Positions 46,601 through 54,314 of a DNA stretch of 64,000 nt are shown in pieces. Below the pieces are notes generated by a model. The model saw nothing but the letters and a program-made list of their open reading frames with translations, was not told the origin of the DNA and did no database searches. Location of the stretch: positions 64,001 to 128,000 of the IMG/VR virus record IMGVR_UViG_3300035698_026482. One strand, 5' to 3'. This DNA is from a virus. How positions within the stretch are numbered: the first letter of the stretch is position 1; every line of letters starts with the position of its first letter. Both the position numbers and the translations under genes were made by a program.

Positions 46601-47903
46601 TTGCCTTAAAATTACGATTGTAATCAATAAGCTTAGAAATATCGAATGAATCTTCACGGCCTACTAGGCCATCGAAAAAATAATCGCTTCCTGGCGCAAA
46701 CCTTCGACCACGCGAATCAATGATATAACGCTTTTCGAAGGGTAGTATTATATCAGTGCCTGTTGACGTTGAATCTTCGATTCTAAAGACGTTCAGAATA
46801 CTATTATCTTGATCAGGCTCATCCAAAATTGATTCGCCGGGTGTGCCAACAAGCTCTGCGATCGGATCGCCTGCATCTACATCAATATTCAATCGACGCA
46901 GTTTGCCCTGTACATCTCGTTTCGATAGCGCGCCAGAAATGCTTAAAAGACGAGCAGTTGTAACTGACAAGAGCTTTACTCGATCTTCACGATTTGACGG
47001 CAATGCACGCATGAATCTAGAAAACGTCTTACGATCGAAAGCATTAAGCGTTTTATTTTCACGAGAGAAATCTGCGATATCAAAAGTAAATTTGCCGTCA
47101 GTTAGTGTTGGTGTTCTATCGTATTTAAGCGAATCTAAATCATCAACCCTGTCGGCATCGACTAATCCAAAAAGACCCGGCGTGTAGCGACGTGTGGCAT
47201 TCGTTAGATCGAACACCATTTGGCCTAAAATTTTCGTATTTGAAAAATGCTTATAACCATCAGATGAAAAACCTAGATGTTCAACGAACAGTTCTTGTAT
47301 ATCAAGGACATGAGAAGTTCGGAACCCGAGTAGCCTGTCAGCTTTCATTCGTAATTGTTTACGATTACCGTAAACGTTAAATTGACGAAGAACCTTATCT
47401 AGGGCACGGTATGTATCAACCATGAATTGAGTATCAACGTTTGCCTGTTCGAGATGATCAAGATATTCGCGTTCTAACGTTCCCAATAATCCAGCAAGCT
47501 CTTCGTCGGCGTGTAGCTGCTTAATAAACGCGTTGATATTGTTTAAACGCAAATTGCGTGTGCACATCTGTAAGTCAAGCATTTCGCCGGAAGGGGCCAA
47601 TATCCCACCGCGCTCGCCGCTATACGCGGGTGAAAAACGTGTAGCTGCAATTATTTCGGGCCTAAAAACGCTAATGCCTTTTTCTGCAAGAATTTTCGCC
47701 CTGCGCATACGAAGTGCTGATAGCTTTAGTTTGTCACCGAAGCGAATTAGTTTACTTGCATTAAAACGCGGCTTTGAAAGACTTAACGGCTTGGCCTTTA
47801 AAATCAACGGGTCAGCCGCTTGGCTAGTAGAAGGCTTCTTTGGTTGAACCGTTAAGCCACCAACGTTTATTGTGCCCTGTTTAAGTTTTAATCCTGTAGG
47901 CAT
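43668..47903 (-). CDS. Very large hypothetical protein (about 1411 aa; start revised to the TAATG overlap at 47903)
   Basis: Long open frame, mostly helical, with basic termini; TAATG coupling at both ends. Confidence 0.8.
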   Translation of the reverse strand: MPTGLKLKQGTINVGGLTVQPKKPSTSQAADPLILKAKPLSLSKPRFNASKLIRFGDKLKLSALRMRRAKILAEKGISVFRPEIIAATRFSPAYSGERGGILAPSGEMLDLQMCTRNLRLNNINAFIKQLHADEELAGLLGTLEREYLDHLEQANVDTQFMVDTYRALDKVLRQFNVYGNRKQLRMKADRLLGFRTSHVLDIQELFVEHLGFSSDGYKHFSNTKILGQMVFDLTNATRRYTPGLFGLVDADRVDDLDSLKYDRTPTLTDGKFTFDIADFSRENKTLNAFDRKTFSRFMRALPSNREDRVKLLSVTTARLLSISGALSKRDVQGKLRRLNIDVDAGDPIAELVGTPGESILDEPDQDNSILNVFRIEDSTSTGTDIILPFEKRYIIDSRGRRFAPGSDYFFDGLVGREDSFDISKLIDYNRNFKAKLLPALDILDIAARTSSPASKKAWGSQVAAVRADVVFNRMLKSTNLILERLDKTDGKMRNYAFIIGVFELAQTDRRLRRLLFQLMFMSVVWNDKLGSEDAETIEIVDEIINNEVAIYNDLPALNNATLDVFLETSPQANEFNFTEAENIGPLPIRTTRVLGAAYKHVQRLIVDRTFELLSRRGKIGNIVLAGQTRVSSLSIMASNSAKQAKSPLGRPSIAARKTSINFNRPTTSEDFSEDFRDIMLIIARFIDETEDLAGNKTQGHLRPDRTGRSRYLSISSSTRLLMGFELFASTLGSYGFSSFGSLSSNNQVKIQLDRSLAKTFIEAVNTKNPLLGTKFKSFKAIKFLKPQNANKQIGSSLGALSSGNSANDGILEELKTEIGGIKKSLQEDRHVIESMTATLRALVVDLDEAVDSAAQTLGVEDKQPKSIFNAFKVRPEKSTRSRGQARTRKRLPSKRVKKNTGIKKAKLLPEALRILSDKREKEARRLLLSKQQAALSLIQLYDITAANAKFSPARFKNDKVVFDPQLDKESGDKTVSSPFADDSHVSRPVQNALWSMLSDPRFRGSDGKVSKILTIGVPSGFTDRLEDSDRFDELDFQDSLNDRELDMISIDVYKKDVIEEDITFKPQKFVFEMSRFVSSFSFRDTKRRGATRPLNYQSTISKLTKFIDLSSFSLRDIRGQLGADVLKDDRYSFMSKTDRESMTENHTSSYLLGVYLRMLTGMDVRESSFLLEPDAISSQDDPNSGAIFSRIAERLVEKGSHDLTLADLRERFLEFDELLQNIEDGEFTPGILEQQLIIDKSDIDGGNVLVTNDLTDLAKLASSRSIMTGGERQRRAITSPKLFERIFNVVVDPFSFEIDVEKTNETASGRYALRRLRAEDRIIETRNATTGETKTLVRRPPVERDVTIEQYFTVISRYEPPASSRDRAIKLSRARRANPRAVTNQRSARPGQSSVRPRLKFAPKITQLGNK

Positions 47904-50470
47904 TAGATGCAAAACCGATCAGTGTCAGCCGAAGGACCTTTTTCAAAGGTCGTTAGCATAGCTGTAATTGTATATTGTGCTGTACCTACATCAATATCTT
48001 CAAGTTCATGAATAAATTCGAATGTTGACGTATCAGACAACGCATGTACTTGACCAATAATTTGTTCTGTTCCTAAATGGTCGAGCGTAATCATGAAATA
48101 ATCAATCCTAGATGTATCACCGATTATATCCCATGTAACGATATTTGTGAATTTATCGGCGCGTTGAACACGTGTTCTAACGATATCTGTATCCTCCGAG
48201 GGAATTGTTATTTCGATGGTCTTGGTATTTCCGATAGCGCCATACATAAATTCTTGGCGGCCATGGTTGCTTTTTCGCGATGAAGTTGTTGTCAATGTGC
48301 CCGTCCTAAGTGTAAGCGGGTGCAAAAATTTTGCGGGCTTAAATGAATACTGTTGCGTCGTTAAATTTGATGGATGGGCACTTGTGCCAGTTAGGCGCGA
48401 CGGCGATTTTGCAACCTTCAGATTACTTTTGAACATTGTCTCAGCTGATCTTAATAACGTAGAAATCATATACCGATATGTTACGCCAGGTTGCAGCGGT
48501 TTAACGGCGTGGGTTTTGCCGACATCTATATCTGAGAATACGCGATTCGACACTACGCCGAAATTCTCTAACTCGCCTGTAGCTGTATTGAACCTCATTA
48601 CGCTGTGAGCAACAAGCTTTGATAGTTGTTCACGATCTTCAAATAATTCCTGCGCAAATAGGCCTGCGATACCTTGGCGGGTGAGTGTTTTCTTTACTTG
48701 ATCTAAATTTGTTTCATCTAGTTCTGATTTAATTGAAAACTTCACATTGAACCCCGCTTGCACCGCCCTGTTACCAATCTTGGTTGATTTACCGGAGTTT
48801 GCGATTTTTTGTATGACAGGATCAGTTGTTGATATATCTACACCGTCTTGATCAACATTCGGGTGTTCATAAAGAAAGTATGCAGATGAAAGCTCCTCTG
48901 ATCCGCATTCGAAATAAAGCAAACAACGATATTCATAGATGTTGTTTGGTTTTACACCGTTGTCCAAAAACTCGATATCGTCATCACTATTCAAAAGAAT
49001 AACGGGCCTTGGTTGACCCACGAATGAAAAACTAGATTCATGTGTTGTTCGATTACGTCTTTGAAGCGCTAACGATACAGGGCCTCTGGCGATGTTTGTG
49101 AGACGTATTCTAGATGAGTCACCCTCAGTGATAACATCGATTGCTGCATGCACGATGCTTTTTCTTCGCCTATTGATTCCAAGGCCCGTGCCGGGTACGA
49201 TGATATTAGTGAATTCAGCACCAACTTCAGCGTTTGGGCCGACGGCAATAAATCTGTAAATTATCGTGCTACTATTGTTGACCCTATCAACAATCTTTAT
49301 TGACCCGTCCGATTTAGATATGCTAAATTCGCCGCTAAATGCATATGCCATAGACAATGCATCGTTTACATTTGTTACGCGTGTGATTGTCTTTCGATAC
49401 ATCTTAATTGATGACGCGTTTGCATCGAGTTGCGTTAGCTCAATTACGTTCCTACCTGGTAATTGCACAGGCGCAATTTGAACAAGTGGGGCCTCACGAG
49501 GCGTATTGAAAATAGTTAACAGGTTTCTATGCGGTACTGTCTTTGTGATAGTTGCAATTACGCTATTGTTTTCGCCAATTAGTTTCATTTCAACGACAAA
49601 CTTATCGACGTCTTTTAATTCGTCTTGATTAATAAGCATCTGTTGTGTAACCTCAACGAAGCGTTGCGTCGTCTCTTCGATAACAGGTATTTCAACGTCA
49701 GCTAAAACATTGGCATCAGATTCCGGATTCGTAGGTTTTCCAGTCAATGAAGCCATTGATGAAAGAAGCTTTGCACCTAGCGCAACGGATCTAGGCGTCG
49801 ACGTCGTTATTTTTGCTTTAGGTGAAGTTCCTGCAAAAGCATGCTGTGTTGAAACAATATGCGTGTTAATTCCAAGAGTCGCAGACGGATCTATTTTTTT
49901 ATTTAGGATTAGTGTTAATGCAGCTGCCTGAATATTACCTACACTTTGATCTACTGGCTGTACGCTAGAAGCAATCTTCATTATTGGCGCTGATCTATTT
50001 TGCGAATTCAGCGTCGAAACAAGTCGTGAAACAATCGATTTTTGACGAGGTAGCAATAGTTCTGCCGCCGCCTCAGATTCACTACTCTTTACTAGACGGG
50101 CAAGCGATGTTGCAATTTTTGATTTGACGCCCGTTGAACTCATCTGGAATGCAGATTGCAGATTCGATAATTTTGAATCCTTCTTTATCGCTGCACCCGA
50201 AAGTAATCCTGCAATTGCGTACGCAGGTTTCACAGCCTGCTCATTTTCGTTGGTCGTAAAAATACTTGTTGGTTTTGATTTTGGAATTCTGCGAATCAAA
50301 ACTTGAACTGTTGATAAATCGTGTTTAATAGCCTTAAGTTGGTCAACCGTAAACGAAAATTCATATGAAAATGTGCCTCGTTCACGCGATACTCGGGAGA
50401 TTCTTGCAAAGTCAGAATTGACGATAACAATGTCATCATCCTTCTTCTTAGTTGGTGCTGTAATACGCAT
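47903..50470 (-). CDS. Large hypothetical protein with probable Ig/Fn3-like repeats
   Basis: 855 aa; repeated strand patterns (IKMYRK..IYRFIAV; LALQRRN..YEYRCL). Confidence 0.75.
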   Translation of the reverse strand: MRITAPTKKKDDDIVIVNSDFARISRVSRERGTFSYEFSFTVDQLKAIKHDLSTVQVLIRRIPKSKPTSIFTTNENEQAVKPAYAIAGLLSGAAIKKDSKLSNLQSAFQMSSTGVKSKIATSLARLVKSSESEAAAELLLPRQKSIVSRLVSTLNSQNRSAPIMKIASSVQPVDQSVGNIQAAALTLILNKKIDPSATLGINTHIVSTQHAFAGTSPKAKITTSTPRSVALGAKLLSSMASLTGKPTNPESDANVLADVEIPVIEETTQRFVEVTQQMLINQDELKDVDKFVVEMKLIGENNSVIATITKTVPHRNLLTIFNTPREAPLVQIAPVQLPGRNVIELTQLDANASSIKMYRKTITRVTNVNDALSMAYAFSGEFSISKSDGSIKIVDRVNNSSTIIYRFIAVGPNAEVGAEFTNIIVPGTGLGINRRRKSIVHAAIDVITEGDSSRIRLTNIARGPVSLALQRRNRTTHESSFSFVGQPRPVILLNSDDDIEFLDNGVKPNNIYEYRCLLYFECGSEELSSAYFLYEHPNVDQDGVDISTTDPVIQKIANSGKSTKIGNRAVQAGFNVKFSIKSELDETNLDQVKKTLTRQGIAGLFAQELFEDREQLSKLVAHSVMRFNTATGELENFGVVSNRVFSDIDVGKTHAVKPLQPGVTYRYMISTLLRSAETMFKSNLKVAKSPSRLTGTSAHPSNLTTQQYSFKPAKFLHPLTLRTGTLTTTSSRKSNHGRQEFMYGAIGNTKTIEITIPSEDTDIVRTRVQRADKFTNIVTWDIIGDTSRIDYFMITLDHLGTEQIIGQVHALSDTSTFEFIHELEDIDVGTAQYTITAMLTTFEKGPSADTDRFCI

Positions 50471-50472
50471 GA

Positions 50473-51396
50473 TTATGAGAAAATAATTGTAAAAATGTTA
50501 ACAAACGTATCTGATCCGCGAGAATCTTGAAAAATTCTGCCAACGAAAAATACGTGTTGATTGTCACCATCATCACCGACAAAATCGCCAAAATCAATCA
50601 CGTCAAGCTTAATGACACGATGAACTCGAACATCAAAAATTTGACCGAATATATTGCTATCTGTCGATGTTTCGCTAAAATTGACGACAGTTTTTTGTGT
50701 ATCCTCCAAGTCACCCATAAGCTCTTTAAGCGAGAACGTGTCGCCTTGATCAAGCCTCGGATAATCTGCTAGAGGTGTGCCTATTGGATTTTCTAACGTG
50801 GGTGAATTTATCGGAGGCAAGTATTTAAAGTTGGGCGAATGCGAAAGTCTTTTATCTTGAAACAAGCTTTCGATGGCCTCTAACGATGCATTATCTGTGC
50901 CTTGTTGATCTACTAGCAGCGCGTTAGTGATATCAAAATTAATGCTCTGGCGACTGAGATTAAATTCATTTGAATCGAGTAATGGTTCTGTCGTTGATAT
51001 TGCGTATAGTTGCTTGAATGCGTCAAATGATGAGCTTAAAGCACCTTGGGCAAGTATTTTTCGTTCATCTACAGGCGGAAAATTAAGGTAATTACTACCA
51101 GATGGCACAAGAATATGACCAGATTTCATAGAGAAATTGCCACCCGGTGATTGAACCAAGTTGCCTACATTATCGGCTTCAAAAGTAATCTGATCCTGCG
51201 GTCTACTAAATGCCTCTATGTGTGGACGCTCGGATGCATCTGTTGATCCACTTACTGGATCATATTCATAAAATGCATCCTGGTCTGTAAATGTAGCAAA
51301 TTTAATACGCATTTTGCCACGCGCCATTTGACGACGACCCTCGTTTGTAACGATCGTGTCAAAAATACGCTTTTTGCTATCTAGTAATCCGGCCAT
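50473..51396 (-). CDS. Baseplate/tail-associated structural protein
   Basis: MAGLLDSKKRIFDTIVTNEGRRQMARG..IKFATFTDQDAFY. Confidence 0.65.
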   Translation of the reverse strand: MAGLLDSKKRIFDTIVTNEGRRQMARGKMRIKFATFTDQDAFYEYDPVSGSTDASERPHIEAFSRPQDQITFEADNVGNLVQSPGGNFSMKSGHILVPSGSNYLNFPPVDERKILAQGALSSSFDAFKQLYAISTTEPLLDSNEFNLSRQSINFDITNALLVDQQGTDNASLEAIESLFQDKRLSHSPNFKYLPPINSPTLENPIGTPLADYPRLDQGDTFSLKELMGDLEDTQKTVVNFSETSTDSNIFGQIFDVRVHRVIKLDVIDFGDFVGDDGDNQHVFFVGRIFQDSRGSDTFVNIFTIIFS

Positions 51397-51446
51397 ATGC
51401 TATTAGAAATTATGGTGCTGCTATTAATGAAGGTGGTAAAGGTCTA

Positions 51447-52652
51447 TTATGTGAACTTAATAGAATTGATGCTAATGTTAACTGAATGCATATTTTCGCC
51501 GTCAAGCGGATCAAGAGGTAGCCAGGTTGATACAGAGCCGCTTGCCTGGGCATATTCAAGTGCCATCCAATCGCCTACACCTGTTACTTCAAAGATGCCG
51601 CTGAGATTGGCGCGATGTTGGCCGATCATATTAATGTAATCTGATTGCTGGAGTATTGTTGTGCCAAGTGATGATGTTAACCTAAAGCCTAGATAGTTGT
51701 CGATGCCAAGCGCATTGAACAATGCATCGATCTTATAGTATCCAGAGCTAACAAACGTGAATTGATTATTGACACGAGTGATGCCATCAACTATCACATC
51801 CTCAATGTTCGCCACGTTTGTTACATCATGCCATGTTGTTGATGACCATTGTAATGATCCAGAAGCAAATCCGTGATATACAGCTGCGTCAAATACTGAT
51901 ATGGACGAGCCGGTGACGGCGTGAATGGTGACAGCTCCATTACTTGCACTAGTAATGCGTACATTATCACCCGGCAACCATGCAGGTGAACCGTCAATGA
52001 GACGATGAAGAGATCCGGAAAAGCCCAATGACGCACTAACAAATCCACCAAATCCTGCGCTACCACCGACCGTAATAGAGCCTGTCTGGCTAACGCCTCC
52101 AACGCCTTCATCAACCCAGAGACCGGCCCCACCGCCGGTGCCTGATCCTGTTATCGCGTGAAATGTTACAGCACCGTTGCTTGCGCTTGTAATACGAATA
52201 TTGTCACCGGCAACAAAGGCAGACGAACCGTCGATTAACGTAGTATGTGATCCGGAAAACCCGAATTCAGCGATAAATGAGCCTGATGATAACGTGTCGC
52301 CACCAAATGCGGCGATACCAGAAATGCCTCTACCGCCAATCGATCCTGATACGTAAAAAGACGCATCGGGTAAGACGTCTTCGATTTTATTTGCTTGTCC
52401 TATAACGAGTGAACTCGTCGTGTATAGTGAGCTGCCAGATACGACCCAATCGGAATCAGCAACCGCTTCAATTGTCGCCGCCCATGTCGAACCGGCCGGG
52501 GTCGACGTCAAACAAACGTAAAGCCCGCCACCAGATAAAAGACAATGCTCGCCTACTTCAAGTTTATCGTCAAACGTAATAGCATCACGTTGCGCAGCGT
52601 TAGCTGCGCGCCATAGGCCCATGCCCTTAAATACGCCTTCTGGATATGCCAT
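51447..52652 (-). CDS. Tail fibre-like protein with an internal 40-aa duplication and C1q/TNF-like C-terminus
   Basis: Two GFSGS....IDGS.A...GDN.RITSASNGAVT.HA.TGS repeats (about 52144-52263 and 51907-52026); C-terminal NQFTFVSSGYYKIDA. Confidence 0.6.
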   Translation of the reverse strand: MAYPEGVFKGMGLWRAANAAQRDAITFDDKLEVGEHCLLSGGGLYVCLTSTPAGSTWAATIEAVADSDWVVSGSSLYTTSSLVIGQANKIEDVLPDASFYVSGSIGGRGISGIAAFGGDTLSSGSFIAEFGFSGSHTTLIDGSSAFVAGDNIRITSASNGAVTFHAITGSGTGGGAGLWVDEGVGGVSQTGSITVGGSAGFGGFVSASLGFSGSLHRLIDGSPAWLPGDNVRITSASNGAVTIHAVTGSSISVFDAAVYHGFASGSLQWSSTTWHDVTNVANIEDVIVDGITRVNNQFTFVSSGYYKIDALFNALGIDNYLGFRLTSSLGTTILQQSDYINMIGQHRANLSGIFEVTGVGDWMALEYAQASGSVSTWLPLDPLDGENMHSVNISINSIKFT

Positions 52653-52655
52653 GGG

Positions 52656-54302
52656 TTAAGTGTTCCCCGCAGAGCTAGCAATTGCATCGCTGCATGCAGA
52701 CCATGACGCGACCCAAAGCATATTATGGTTTGCGCTACCTGTGCAGTCAAGTGCAATTTCAGATCCAGTAATTACAAGATTCGTGCTCCAAGAGGTCGCC
52801 GTCGGTAGAGGTATTTCGGCTGTATATGATGATGAAATAATTGGTTTACTTAGATAATCGTATGTATAATCCGCATTCGCATCATCGGCATGCAAAAACA
52901 TCGCAAAATCTCTATTCCATCCACTTAGGCGCATCCTACGCGTATAAATAGCTTCAACCTGTCTTTGCTTAAGTGATCCTGTACTTCGCGCGAATGCAAC
53001 ACCCTGGATTTTAATATCGATCCATGCAAGCGCCCCATGATTCGGAAATACAGATCTTAATGTCGCCAGCCGCGTACCAGCTGCAATAAAGCTGCCCGTA
53101 CCGGTTGTTTCTTGAAAGATCGCTTCTGTAAATGATCCCGTTACTCTACATTGAGGAAATTCCCACCACTCTTGCGTGTTGCTAGCATTACCTCCATCGC
53201 TGGCAAGAACGCCAAATCCATTTGACGTTGTACCACCGGCGGCGACAAAATTTGTACGCTTAATATGAAAGCTTGGATAAGCCAAAAATGCGTATGTGTT
53301 AGCGGCGTTTGTTACTCCGCCTTCAATGCTTGCAATATTGCTTCCTGCCACACCGGGATTTAACCACAAATGACCTACATTTCCCGTATGAGCTTGTGTT
53401 TCTAGACCAGGCTGGACAGACGTGTCACCCCAGGGACCATGAATGCTATCGCCCAGTTCGGGCGGAGTATTGCGAACATGCAATGACGATGATGCTGTCC
53501 ACGCTGGCGCGCCACTTGAATATTCAACGTCGAATAACGTTACAACAGGTGTATCAATCGTTGCGGGTGCGGTCGAGCCATCGCCCGCAAACGGCGTTTC
53601 AATCTTTAGATTTGAAACATATGTTCGTGCCATACCAAAGTCGCCTTGAAACGTAGTCCCGACAAGATTTGTTGGCATGCCGGTCGACGACCGTCCCGAT
53701 AAACCAGCTTGAATAAATACGTTTCCACCGTACCCATCTGGTGTAGACGCTGAGGTGTGTATTCTACCACCCGTAATCAATGCGTTGCCTGCTGTTGAGC
53801 CCCCCTCGGTTGAACCGCCGCCTAGCCGTGCATCACCGCCGTCACCAGTTAGTGTACCAGACCCGCCTAAAAATGATGCAGCAGCTGCGTTTGCCGAAGT
53901 TGCAGTTGATCCGCCTATTATTGTTACAGGATGCGCAGCGTTAAGATCACCTGTTTCAACGCCAAGACCTCTAATAATACTACCGCCATTAAGTGTAGGA
54001 TGGTAGCCCTCTGAGTGTTCATCTGCCGCCAACACTGCTGCCCAATCCTGTGTGGTGGCGCCAATAATCGAACCACAAACGATAAGATTACCTGAAATAA
54101 CAGATGTCGAGTCACCACATAGTGAAAACAGTGGACCTGTCACCGTTAATACTGCGTCACATGGACTAATACCTACACGAAAGTGAGTAGGCGTTATAAC
54201 TTGCCTAATCTTGCCCGTATTTTTATCAGTTTGAACCAGAAATTTCTGGCCCAAAACGTCCTTCATTCGGGTTACTGATCTTGTTGCATTAGCTAATGGC
54301 AT
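52656..54302 (-). CDS. Tail fibre/spike-like Gly-rich protein
   Basis: GG-x4-GG-type repeats (GGSTAT..GGSGTLTGDGGDARLGGG..GNALITGG..GGNVFIQAG). Confidence 0.6.
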   Translation of the reverse strand: MPLANATRSVTRMKDVLGQKFLVQTDKNTGKIRQVITPTHFRVGISPCDAVLTVTGPLFSLCGDSTSVISGNLIVCGSIIGATTQDWAAVLAADEHSEGYHPTLNGGSIIRGLGVETGDLNAAHPVTIIGGSTATSANAAAASFLGGSGTLTGDGGDARLGGGSTEGGSTAGNALITGGRIHTSASTPDGYGGNVFIQAGLSGRSSTGMPTNLVGTTFQGDFGMARTYVSNLKIETPFAGDGSTAPATIDTPVVTLFDVEYSSGAPAWTASSSLHVRNTPPELGDSIHGPWGDTSVQPGLETQAHTGNVGHLWLNPGVAGSNIASIEGGVTNAANTYAFLAYPSFHIKRTNFVAAGGTTSNGFGVLASDGGNASNTQEWWEFPQCRVTGSFTEAIFQETTGTGSFIAAGTRLATLRSVFPNHGALAWIDIKIQGVAFARSTGSLKQRQVEAIYTRRMRLSGWNRDFAMFLHADDANADYTYDYLSKPIISSSYTAEIPLPTATSWSTNLVITGSEIALDCTGSANHNMLWVASWSACSDAIASSAGNT

Positions 54303-54314
54303 ATAGTTTCACCA

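Noticed and set aside
43668-47912. 1.4-kaa protein as a virion RNA polymerase or tape measure protein
   Set aside because: No DFDGD-type motif and no periodic Ala/Gly-rich or transmembrane pattern, so neither call is supported.
51907-52263. Repeat pair in a fibre gene as a possible diversity-generating retroelement TR/VR
   Set aside because: Differences are mostly synonymous third-position changes rather than adenine-specific; both copies are in-frame in one gene; no reverse transcriptase is in the window.
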